Origin: a virus
Virus record (IMG/VR): IMGVR_UViG_3300026116_000003
Span: 10,136-74,135 of that record
DNA: 64,000 nucleotides
Strand: one strand, 5' to 3'
The notes beneath the pieces were generated by a model. That model was not told the origin of the DNA, did not search any database, and saw only the letters and a program-made list of their open reading frames with translations. The first letter of the stretch is position 1. Every line of letters starts with the position of its first letter. Below are positions 15,708-23,836 of this stretch, in pieces. The position numbers and the translations under genes are program-made.

Positions 15708-16018
15708 AAGTAATGCCCGTTCAATGCGCCACTTGTCCCTTCCGGAACGATGTGGACGAAGAGCACAAGTCCGTAATGGTTCCGACAATGGAGATGTGCA
15801 TAAGCCCGGGCGGAGCCTCTCGCATCTGCCATTCGACGGGCCGAGACAATACGTTCCATAAGCGCACGGGCAAGAAAGAAATGATTTGCCGCGGGGCCCG
15901 CAACTTCCAACTCCAATTCCTTGCTGCCATCGGATTCTTAGAAGCTCCGACGGACGCAGCGTGGCTAAAGAAATGTCGAGAGCTAGGGATTCAACCGGAC
16001 CAGGGAAAACTAAGATGA
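15704..16018 (+). CDS. Cys/His-rich hypothetical protein
   Basis: CATCPFR, ICH and ICRG motifs; ATGA coupling. Confidence 0.7.
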   Translation: MKVMPVQCATCPFRNDVDEEHKSVMVPTMEMCISPGGASRICHSTGRDNTFHKRTGKKEMICRGARNFQLQFLAAIGFLEAPTDAAWLKKCRELGIQPDQGKLR

Positions 16019-16087
16019 CGAAGCACGATAAAGATTGCGAGCTCGGAGACAACCACAAAGACTGCCGCGCTTGTCGAGAGAATAATT

Positions 16088-16333
16088 ATGAGCAACGAAA
16101 TCACAGAAGAGAAGTATCGAAAGTTAAAGCAGCAAGTCGAAGAGACGAAAGCCGAAGCAAGCCGGGCCCAGGGAGCGTTGGACCAGCTGCTCACCCGGCT
16201 GAAAGAGGAGTTTGATTGCTCTAGCTTGAAGGAAGCAAAAGCCAAGCTGACCGAACTGGAGGCAAAGAAAAAGAAAGCGGAGTCCGTATTTGAAAAAGTG
16301 CTGGCCGACTACGAGGAGAAATGGAAGCAATGA
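16088..16333 (+). CDS. Coiled-coil protein (possible accessory of the split Rad50)
   Basis: Heptad-rich 81-aa ORF. Confidence 0.75.
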   Translation: MSNEITEEKYRKLKQQVEETKAEASRAQGALDQLLTRLKEEFDCSSLKEAKAKLTELEAKKKKAESVFEKVLADYEEKWKQ

Positions 16334-16959
16334 GACCCTGCCCGCCCGATAGAGACCCTATGTTTTGGAGGGAAGATGAGGAGAATAGAATGACGGACCT
16401 TGCTGCCGAAGAAAAAGAAATAGTCGAGCTGGCCCTCCGCTTGTCCCACTTAAAAGGGGCAGTCGAGGACGAGACCGAGGCGCTAAAGAAAGCGGAGCGC
16501 ACCTTGCAGCGCACGCAGGAGGCGCAAGAGATACTTCAACTCATCGCCCAAGCCGTCCAGCAGCAAGCTCACGAAAAGATTTCCACCGTAGTTACCAAAT
16601 GCCTCGAGTCCGTCTTTGAAGACCCTTACGCTTTCAAAATAGAGTTTGAACGTAAGCGGGGACGGACCGAGGCAACCTTACGCTTCGTCCGGCGAGAGCT
16701 CGACGCGGACCCGCTCAGCTCGACTGGCGGCGGCGTGGTCGACATCGCTGCTTTCGCTTTGCGCGTCGCTTGCTTGATGCTCCATCGCCCTCGCTTGAGC
16801 CGAGTCGTTATCCTAGACGAGCCGTTCAAGTTTGTTAGCGCTCAGTATCGAGAGAATATGCGGACGATGCTGGAAGAGCTGGCTAAGGATTTGCAGATTC
16901 AAATTGTAATGGTTACTCATTCCGAAGAGTATGAAACCGGAAAAATAATCGAGTTATGA
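16321..16959 (+). CDS. SbcC/Rad50-like ATPase, C-terminal half
   Basis: Signature-like STGGG, Walker B VILDEPF, H-loop MVTH; start uncertain (16321/16330/16389). Confidence 0.85.
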   Translation: MEAMRPCPPDRDPMFWREDEENRMTDLAAEEKEIVELALRLSHLKGAVEDETEALKKAERTLQRTQEAQEILQLIAQAVQQQAHEKISTVVTKCLESVFEDPYAFKIEFERKRGRTEATLRFVRRELDADPLSSTGGGVVDIAAFALRVACLMLHRPRLSRVVILDEPFKFVSAQYRENMRTMLEELAKDLQIQIVMVTHSEEYETGKIIEL

Positions 16960-17153
16960 AGCCGCTAGAAGACTTATCCCCAATGCCCTTCGGCAAACAT
17001 AAGGGCGCTCCTATGCAAGACGTGCCAGCTTCTTACCTGCACTGGCTTTGGACCAACGGCCTGAGTAAAGATAAACAAAGCTCCGTCGCTGACTATATCC
17101 GGCGGAACTTGCACGCTTTGAAACAAGACCATCCAGACGGAATTTGGGATTGA
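16956..17153 (+). CDS. DUF3820 / ExoX C-terminal-like small protein
   Basis: MPFGKHKG...DVPASYLHWL. Confidence 0.8.
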   Translation: MKPLEDLSPMPFGKHKGAPMQDVPASYLHWLWTNGLSKDKQSSVADYIRRNLHALKQDHPDGIWD

Positions 17154-17283
17154 TTCGGTAGCCTCTCCCACTGCAAGCTTTGCAGTGGTGTCCGTTGACT
17201 AAACACGAAGCGTCAAAAGCTCTCCCCGTCCCGTAGCAGGCTGCACAAGGAGCCACCTTCTTGTTCTGAGACGTCCCTCTCAT
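17011..17283 (-). CDS. DnaJ-type zinc-finger small protein
   Basis: CAACYGTG and CKACSGRG repeats; own promoter directly upstream; 3' part overlaps 16956-17153 antisense. Confidence 0.55.
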   Translation of the reverse strand: MRGTSQNKKVAPCAACYGTGRAFDASCLVNGHHCKACSGRGYRINPKFRLDGLVSKRASSAGYSQRRSFVYLYSGRWSKASAGKKLARLA

Positions 17284-17317
17284 GCCCGCAAATTAGCAGA
17301 CTGGGGACTATCTGCAA
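17284..17317 (-). promoter_or_regulatory. Sigma70-type leaderless promoter
   Basis: TTGCAG-N16-TAATTT with an extended -10 TG, then N6 and ATG(17283). Confidence 0.6.
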
Positions 17318-17328
17318 GAACTTTTTAG

Positions 17329-20300
17329 CTAGGCGGGGTAGGCGGGAATAGTTTGCTGAGCGGTAATATTGACGAAAGCTCCGTCTCCGTTCGCGTCGAA
17401 TACGCTCACGCGCCAGTAGTGTAGCGCGTGCGCTCCGTCCGAGTCCAGCGGGAGGCAGACGATGGTGGACGTCGGAATCTCGCTGGCTTCCTCGTCAATC
17501 AGAGGAGTAACTGTCTCCGGGTCGAAGCTCTCCGTTTCCGACAGCCACAAAATCCATCCGACTAGATTGCTTACCGCGGGGACCGTCCAGCTTAGCACAT
17601 AGCACACTTGGTCACTCTCTTCGCTGTCAATAACCGCGCTTAGCGCAGTCGGAGGCGTGGGGACGATAGCGAGACTGCTAATCTCCAGCGAGCCGTAAAC
17701 CCACTCTCCTTGCCCTTCGTTGACTCCGGCCACGCGCACGTAGAACGTCCCGAGCAGGACTTGCAGCTGAATGGACGTGCGCGTAAGGACTCCGCGCTCC
17801 TGCCAGTTCTCTCCGTCTTCGCTCGTCTGCACGATGTAATACTGAGCGCCATACGCTGGCGGCCAGAGCACTTGCACGAGCGACGCCACGCCGCCGATTT
17901 GAGTAACCGTTACCGAGTCGACTGTTGGCAGCGCCGGAACTTCTGGCGCCGCCGGCGGCAAGTTGAGCACCGGCGCTTCCAGGGAGTCGAAAGAATAAAT
18001 CAAGTCATTGCTATTGGCAGCGGAGATTCTAATCCGCTCTCCACCGAGCGGCTCCACTCGAACCACGCGCCAGTAGCGAGTCACTTCGGCCACTGTGCCG
18101 AATACGAATAGCATCGGCTCGGTCTGCCCTCCGAGCAGGAAGTCCATAGCTGTTTCGTCCGACTGGATTTTTACCTGCTTCGGGTCGCTCGTCTCCCGCG
18201 CGATAAAGGGCCCAATTACCTCTCCGGCTCTCCCGCGCAACGCAATTTGATACTCGGCTGTCTCGGCGAAGTCCAGCGGCTCTGATACATACAAGTTATA
18301 CCAGTTGTCTCCCATGTGAATAGCGTTGACTATGTAGCCAGCCTGCGCCCAGTTCGGCACGTCATGAGCGAAAGCAAACAAGTCTCCGTAAGAAAGAATA
18401 TGGCCTTCCAATCCAGTCTCAAACGTAATATTGTCCCGAAGGTATTTGTCTACGGCCAGCAAGTAAAGCGCTTCGCGGTAAGCGCGAGTCCGGTCCTGGC
18501 ACCCGATGAACCGGATATTTTGCGGCCGGTCTGTAGTGCCACCTGGTAGCGTGGCGTGAACTTGTTCCTGCTTGTAGCCAGTATCGGGGTCTGTATATTC
18601 CATCAGGATGGAATCAAACTCGCCCAAGTCCCAAAGCTTTATCGACCAATCAAAACTATCCTTGATGATATTGTCGGGAGTAAATAGCGTGACTGGAATC
18701 TCTGCAGCAGCGTCCCGCTTCATCGAGATAAGCGAACCGACGAGCATCGGCACAGCTCGGCCAACTCTAGCTACCGCCCGAGCTGCTTCCCATACTGTAA
18801 TGGCGTCTCGAAAAGTGAAGTCAAAGTAGTCCCCACGGTCGCTATAAATAGCGTCCAGCGCTTCCAGCGCATCCCAGTCAAAGAACACGTCGTCGGTAAT
18901 CCGAGCGCCGTAAGTACTCCAGAAGATATCAACGAAAGCCCACACAATGCTCCGCGTGGCTACCGGAAGGATAATCGTCATCCCGTCGGAATCCCTACTG
19001 ATAAGGAGCTTGCGCGTGCAAAGGACGTTGAGTTGCTTTTGGCTTTGAGAATTAAGGTTGTTCGTTGCGCGAATGATTACTGCGAGCATCGTCACCGCTC
19101 CGAATACCGGGTCTTCGTTCAAGTAAGTCCGCATCCCCGCCCACTCGGCTTCGTGTCCAGAACGGTAAGAGTCATCGAACGTATCCGTCCGCCGCATCCG
19201 GACTTCGTAGCGGGCGGCAGTAACTGAAGTGCGATACGTCTTGCGCTGTGGCGTCGTAGTGGTCCCGGTAATCGTCAGCGCTGTAGTGGAAGTGGAAATC
19301 GTAGTAACAGTCTTGGTTACTCCTTCCCGGTCGGTCGGGTCGTTATCTCCAGCGTCGCTATAGACGGTAGTCACTGTCCCTTCTGGCGGGTCGCCACCAG
19401 CCCACGGAACGTAAGTAGTGGAAGTGTGAGCCCAAACCCAGGTAATCGACGGAGCCCCGCGCCAGATGAGCGAGCGGGAAGTAGCAGTATAAACTTCTAC
19501 TTGCTTGCCGATAAAGATATCTGCCCAAGCTCCGACCGGGTCGCCGGCGTCGTCGATGGTCCGCGCTTGCACTTGAATGGTAATGGAACGCGGAGACAAG
19601 CTGCCGTCGTCGTTGGCGTGGTAGAGTCCTTTAGGGAATAGCAAGTCCACCTGCAGCTGCACGGCTTCTGTATTTGCGGGGTTAGCCACGAACGGACCAA
19701 TCCAACCATCTGGCAGAGGGTAGTCCTCTTGAGTAGCCGCAAGAACTTTCTGGCCGCCGGCTTCTGCTGAAGTATAGACGTTGGTCGGGAAGATAGTCAC
19801 CTGCCCCGCTGGAGGGATTACTTCATACTGCACTTCCTGAAAGTTGGAGAGTAGCGTATCTCCGATTTTTATTTCCTCTATTTCATACTCCCCTTGCCCC
19901 AGGCAGAACAAGCTGAATTGGTATTGGTCATTGTCGCGGTATTCATAGTAGGGCCGCGCCGCGTAGGAAGGGTAGACTCGATTTCTCCCATAGTTGCATT
20001 CAATCGGCTCGGCCAGCCGGATGGAATTCGCCTGCCCCTTGATGGTATAAACGGGGTCGCTAGCCGGAGCTTCTCCAGGAGTCGTCGGAGTCGGCGTCGA
20101 CATCAGCAGCGTGACTCCGAGCATTACGATGGTAATGACGATGGAGATAATGGCTATCCAGGTGGCGGGGCATCCAGGCAACGTAAGGAAGTTAACCACG
20201 TCGTCTGGTTTGAGCAGGTAATCCCAGCCAGCTCGCAGCAACGGGTCTCCGTTGACGACACAAATAGTCGGGTGGTCAAAGTCCGGAGCTCTCAAGAAAG

Positions 20301-20397
20301 ACTTCACCCACTCGCGGACAGATATCCCCGCTTCCACTATGTGCTTCTCGGACTTCGCTGGCTCAAAAGCGTTCGGCGTATAAATTACGTAGGCCAT
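17329..20397 (-). CDS. Tail tip / central tail fibre, host-specificity protein J (TipJ family)
   Basis: NSIRLAEPIECNYGRNRVYP, FCLGQGEYEI, IRATNNL, ATRSIVWA and FTPDNII motifs; FnIII-like C-terminus; start MAYVIY. Confidence 0.9.
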   Translation of the reverse strand: MAYVIYTPNAFEPAKSEKHIVEAGISVREWVKSFLRAPDFDHPTICVVNGDPLLRAGWDYLLKPDDVVNFLTLPGCPATWIAIISIVITIVMLGVTLLMSTPTPTTPGEAPASDPVYTIKGQANSIRLAEPIECNYGRNRVYPSYAARPYYEYRDNDQYQFSLFCLGQGEYEIEEIKIGDTLLSNFQEVQYEVIPPAGQVTIFPTNVYTSAEAGGQKVLAATQEDYPLPDGWIGPFVANPANTEAVQLQVDLLFPKGLYHANDDGSLSPRSITIQVQARTIDDAGDPVGAWADIFIGKQVEVYTATSRSLIWRGAPSITWVWAHTSTTYVPWAGGDPPEGTVTTVYSDAGDNDPTDREGVTKTVTTISTSTTALTITGTTTTPQRKTYRTSVTAARYEVRMRRTDTFDDSYRSGHEAEWAGMRTYLNEDPVFGAVTMLAVIIRATNNLNSQSQKQLNVLCTRKLLISRDSDGMTIILPVATRSIVWAFVDIFWSTYGARITDDVFFDWDALEALDAIYSDRGDYFDFTFRDAITVWEAARAVARVGRAVPMLVGSLISMKRDAAAEIPVTLFTPDNIIKDSFDWSIKLWDLGEFDSILMEYTDPDTGYKQEQVHATLPGGTTDRPQNIRFIGCQDRTRAYREALYLLAVDKYLRDNITFETGLEGHILSYGDLFAFAHDVPNWAQAGYIVNAIHMGDNWYNLYVSEPLDFAETAEYQIALRGRAGEVIGPFIARETSDPKQVKIQSDETAMDFLLGGQTEPMLFVFGTVAEVTRYWRVVRVEPLGGERIRISAANSNDLIYSFDSLEAPVLNLPPAAPEVPALPTVDSVTVTQIGGVASLVQVLWPPAYGAQYYIVQTSEDGENWQERGVLTRTSIQLQVLLGTFYVRVAGVNEGQGEWVYGSLEISSLAIVPTPPTALSAVIDSEESDQVCYVLSWTVPAVSNLVGWILWLSETESFDPETVTPLIDEEASEIPTSTIVCLPLDSDGAHALHYWRVSVFDANGDGAFVNITAQQTIPAYPA

Positions 20398-20831
20398 AAT
20401 TTGTGACGGTAGAATTTGATGACAAAGAACCCCTTCGGCCAAAGCCAATTCAAAGAGACTGCTTCGACATTTTGCGGCTGCAAACAATGAACGACTTTGC
20501 CACCGTCAGCTGCTGCCCAAATACCGACGTGGTGCAGGATAGTATTCTTGCTCATCGCTACTCCGCACCCGTCAATCGGCTTGGCAATCTCGGTCCACGA
20601 GGCGCTTTCCTGCTCAACGATTTCCCGGAGCATCTTAGCAGCCGGCTTCGTATTCCATGGAAGCCCCGGAACTTCCGGCAGCTCGATACCAAACTCCTCT
20701 TTGTAGACGAGTCGCAAGAGTCCCCAGCAATCCACGCCTTGCTTGTCTCGACCGCCCGCTACCCAAGGAATCGACAAATACTTGTAAATCCAATGTAACT
20801 TGTTCTTTATCAATGTGTTGCTTTGACTCAT
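20385..20831 (-). CDS. NlpC/P60 tail assembly protein (gpK-like)
   Basis: PWVAGGRDKQGVDCWGL, HVGIW, VVH. Confidence 0.88.
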   Translation of the reverse strand: MSQSNTLIKNKLHWIYKYLSIPWVAGGRDKQGVDCWGLLRLVYKEEFGIELPEVPGLPWNTKPAAKMLREIVEQESASWTEIAKPIDGCGVAMSKNTILHHVGIWAAADGGKVVHCLQPQNVEAVSLNWLWPKGFFVIKFYRHKLWPT

Positions 20832-20834
20832 ACG

Positions 20835-20951
20835 CTAAAACGCAAGGAATTGAGATTTGCGCTCGCCCGGGAGCTTCGCTAGAGATTCTTCAACCGAACG
20901 CTTGAAAATCGCTCTTAGCGCAAAATCCGTTCGAAATTCGCTTAGATTCAT
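20835..20951 (-). CDS. 38-aa small ORF (MNLSEFRTDFALRAIFKRSVEESLAKLPGERKSQFLAF)
   Basis: Manual translation; exactly fills the gap between the L-like and K-like genes. Confidence 0.45.
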   Translation of the reverse strand: MNLSEFRTDFALRAIFKRSVEESLAKLPGERKSQFLAF

Positions 20952-20955
20952 ACGC

Positions 20956-21459
20956 TTATCCCAAGCTCGGAAAGCGGTCCCGCGTATAGAGCTCTGAGGG
21001 GAACTTCTTGTTCACTACGTCCATGAACGTCGCTTTCCCCGTTACTTGCAATGTGCTAATTCGGATATCTTTCAGGTAGAGAATCAGTGGCGGTATCATT
21101 TGCGGTCGTGACAAGTCGTCGCTCAAGAAAGGACGATAGACAACTTCCACCGGGACTTGCTCCGACTTGGCAGTCTCTACGAAGTCTTTCACGCGCCGGC
21201 CTACATTGTCGATGGAAATATTGAGGCTCTGGAATCCTTGGTCGTCGGTCGGCGGCAAAGTAAATTGGAATCCGACGGGCTCAAACTCGCGCACGTTTCC
21301 GTCTTCGTCCGTTGCCGTGATAGCTTGGTGACTACGGACAATAAAAACAGAGTCCTGCACTCCAGGCTGGCGTATCTCCAACGTATCGTAAATCACCACG
21401 CTCGAAGGGCAGGAAGCGAAAGCTTCCTTGATGGCATCTTGTAGAGAAGTGTTAGGCAT
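20956..21459 (-). CDS. DUF1833 minor tail protein (gpL-like)
   Basis: AIKEAFAS, TLEIRQP, FQFTLP, ISIDNV and FPSELYTRDRFPSL; start MPNTSL. Confidence 0.85.
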   Translation of the reverse strand: MPNTSLQDAIKEAFASCPSSVVIYDTLEIRQPGVQDSVFIVRSHQAITATDEDGNVREFEPVGFQFTLPPTDDQGFQSLNISIDNVGRRVKDFVETAKSEQVPVEVVYRPFLSDDLSRPQMIPPLILYLKDIRISTLQVTGKATFMDVVNKKFPSELYTRDRFPSLG

Positions 21460-21460
21460 G

Positions 21461-23170
21461 TTATGGAAGAGCTGAGAGGCGGAAGAAAGCATCCAAGTCC
21501 CCGTCGGCCGAAGTAGGGTCTACGGCTGCGTCCATCGCTTCGTCTACTGCCGCGTTGACAGCATCCGCTGTAGCGCCGGGGCCGCTTGTGTCGGGAGCTT
21601 CAATAATTATCGTCTCTCCGCCATACGTTATTTCCACCGTTCCGTTCATCGGTGGAATATCCCGCAAGACTAAAGCAGAACTGAAAATTGTATAACAGTA
21701 TATCGTCGCCACTGATTCATAAATCGTATAACCGCCTCCCCAATCATCATACGGAGTAGTTCCATGGTCGGGTTCGGGAACGCCGGGAGTAGTTACCGAG
21801 CTGCCCCGTTTGTAGCTGCTAAGCGGCACGCAATTCCCGGCGTCTTTAGCTGCCTGGGCTATAGCGAGGAGCGGGGCAATAGAACCTGGATAGCCTAAAG
21901 TTTGGCACGAGTCTCCAGCATACGTTGTGGTTTCAACTACATGATAGAAAAGCGGAGGAACACTATCGGCTACGGGGAAACGGTGGAAGTCCGGCCCGCG
22001 GCACCCGCCTACAGAAACAGCGGCAGTCCCGAATATCATTCCGCTTTCTATCAAGTCCCACGTCCGGTCCAGCGCGATAACGAGGGGCGGCGACATACAA
22101 CCGGTTCCGGTATCAATCGCCGCCGCTTTGTAGACTCCCGAAAAGCTTTCCTCCGATGGGTCTTGCGGCGTGGTTGGGCTAGAAGCGGTAGGAGTAGAGT
22201 TGTCACTGGTGACTCTTAATTCCGTGCCGGGCGGAAGGTTAAAAGTTGGCGCCCCTACTCCTGACGCTTCGACGTTCATATCGTATCGCTCGCCAACCAA
22301 CAAATAACTCCCTTCGGGAACAAGCAACGGAGCGTCAGTATGAGTCAACAAGCCCGGCGTCCCGCGCGTAGATACCGAAGCCCCGCTAAAAGAAGCAACG
22401 GTCGGAGCAGCGATATCCGGAGTGGCTACGGCAACCGCATCAGAATCTAGGCTAGTAAAGTCCCCGACTACCCGGTGAGCCCTTATGTTCCGCCCACCGT
22501 AATCGTTTTCCAAAGTAACCGAATCGACCACCGCCAAATCTTCCGGCTCCAGCAGGAGGAGCGTTTCATAGATGCCCGAGCCGGGCGCCGTCTCCACTTC
22601 TATTTCCAAAGAATCCCCGGGGCTCACATCTCCCCACGCCAGCGTAAGCGTCCGGTTGCACTCGCCCATCGTTAAGTCCAGCACCGGAATAAAAGGAATG
22701 TGGCCCGTCCCCTCCCAAGGCAAGTCGGGGTCTGCTCCCACCCAAGGAGCAAAGCTTCCCGCCCAGAAACCGGGGTTGAGAATCAGCCTGGTGGATATAT
22801 CGCTCGCCAGTACAGTCGCCGTTACTTCAAACTCGTTGTCCCGTCGGCTAAATAAATACTGGCTATCGAGGAACGCATACTCGCGGATTACTTCTGTCAG
22901 CAAGCCGGGGTTGACGTTCGGTGTATACGTAGTGGCTTCAAAGGGTAGCGAGCCGTTTTCCAAATCCGTGTGGACATACTCTTCGAAGATTTCAAACTGG
23001 TCCAAGATAAACGTCCAAGTAACGTCAATCGTCTCCAGCGGGACCAGATACTTGCGACGGTTGCGGAGCCGGCCGGTCTCCATCTGCACAGCTTCAGAGC
23101 GCGGAGCAAACTTGGGCTGCCTGTTAATCCGGAAAACAGGCAGCGTCGAAGGCCAAACAGAAACGCTCAT
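21461..23170 (-). CDS. Distal-tail (gpM-like) domain fused to FnIII/Ig-like extensions
   Basis: N-terminal VWPSTLP...QMETGRLRNRRKY paralogous to 31515-32003; PTFN...RVTSDNSTPTASS Fn3-associated-like motif. Confidence 0.7.
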   Translation of the reverse strand: MSVSVWPSTLPVFRINRQPKFAPRSEAVQMETGRLRNRRKYLVPLETIDVTWTFILDQFEIFEEYVHTDLENGSLPFEATTYTPNVNPGLLTEVIREYAFLDSQYLFSRRDNEFEVTATVLASDISTRLILNPGFWAGSFAPWVGADPDLPWEGTGHIPFIPVLDLTMGECNRTLTLAWGDVSPGDSLEIEVETAPGSGIYETLLLLEPEDLAVVDSVTLENDYGGRNIRAHRVVGDFTSLDSDAVAVATPDIAAPTVASFSGASVSTRGTPGLLTHTDAPLLVPEGSYLLVGERYDMNVEASGVGAPTFNLPPGTELRVTSDNSTPTASSPTTPQDPSEESFSGVYKAAAIDTGTGCMSPPLVIALDRTWDLIESGMIFGTAAVSVGGCRGPDFHRFPVADSVPPLFYHVVETTTYAGDSCQTLGYPGSIAPLLAIAQAAKDAGNCVPLSSYKRGSSVTTPGVPEPDHGTTPYDDWGGGYTIYESVATIYCYTIFSSALVLRDIPPMNGTVEITYGGETIIIEAPDTSGPGATADAVNAAVDEAMDAAVDPTSADGDLDAFFRLSALP

Positions 23171-23204
23171 TCCACGAATCTAAATCATCTGATTAGCGAT
23201 ACAA
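23171..23204 (-). promoter_or_regulatory. Sigma70-type leaderless promoter
   Basis: TTGTAT-N16-TAGATT-N6-ATG(23170). Confidence 0.55.
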
Positions 23205-23212
23205 GCAAGAAA

Positions 23213-23836
23213 CTAGGCAGCCTTCTTTCTCTTGTCAGCCATCTGCGTGGCGTGCGCTGCCCACCATGCCGCCGCTACCAGCTTGCGAGCCGCGCGAGTG
23301 CGGATAAGGTAGTCAGTCCGATGCTGACGCTTTAGTTCGGGAGTAAGGCGATACCGGCCGACTCGTCGTTGAGCAAGACAAAGAGCGGAGCAAGTCGTTC
23401 GGCCTTTAGTGCACTGATTGCCGCATACGACGCACAAGCGCAGCTTTACAATACGCTTAGCTCGTGGAGTCTCTGTAATCCGTTCGGCCTTGAGCTTGGG
23501 CGCGACGGAAGGTAGCTTCGACGCTGGCTCTTCGTATTTGCGTTCCGGACGGAGATAGGACTTGGGCGTAAGCAAATGAGCTACTCGGTCGAAAGCCGCG
23601 TTGAGATTCTGCGCTTGTTCTATATTGCCGCCCTTGTCGGGGTGGTCGGTCTTTATCCGGCTCCACCAAACCGAACGGCAATCGCGCAGTACCCAACTTC
23701 TTTCTTCCGCGTCCAGGCGGGAAAGCTCCAAACGGTTTCGCTTTATACCGAATAGAGCGAGCAACGAAACCAACGTCATCCGGTCGATAGCAGACTTCGG
23801 CCGGATAGCTAAGCGCCGGGGAGCAGTAAGCGTCAC
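23213..23836 (-). CDS. J-domain protein with C-terminal zinc-binding motif
   Basis: HPDKGGNIEQAQNLNAAF; CVVC...TCSALC. Confidence 0.7.
   Translation of the reverse strand: MTLTAPRRLAIRPKSAIDRMTLVSLLALFGIKRNRLELSRLDAEERSWVLRDCRSVWWSRIKTDHPDKGGNIEQAQNLNAAFDRVAHLLTPKSYLRPERKYEEPASKLPSVAPKLKAERITETPRAKRIVKLRLCVVCGNQCTKGRTTCSALCLAQRRVGRYRLTPELKRQHRTDYLIRTRAARKLVAAAWWAAHATQMADKRKKAA

Noticed and set aside
16015-16215. ORF MTKHDKDCELG... as a separate gene
   Set aside because: Overlaps the better-supported 16088-16333 gene by 128 nt; left uncalled although the ATGA coupling makes it possible
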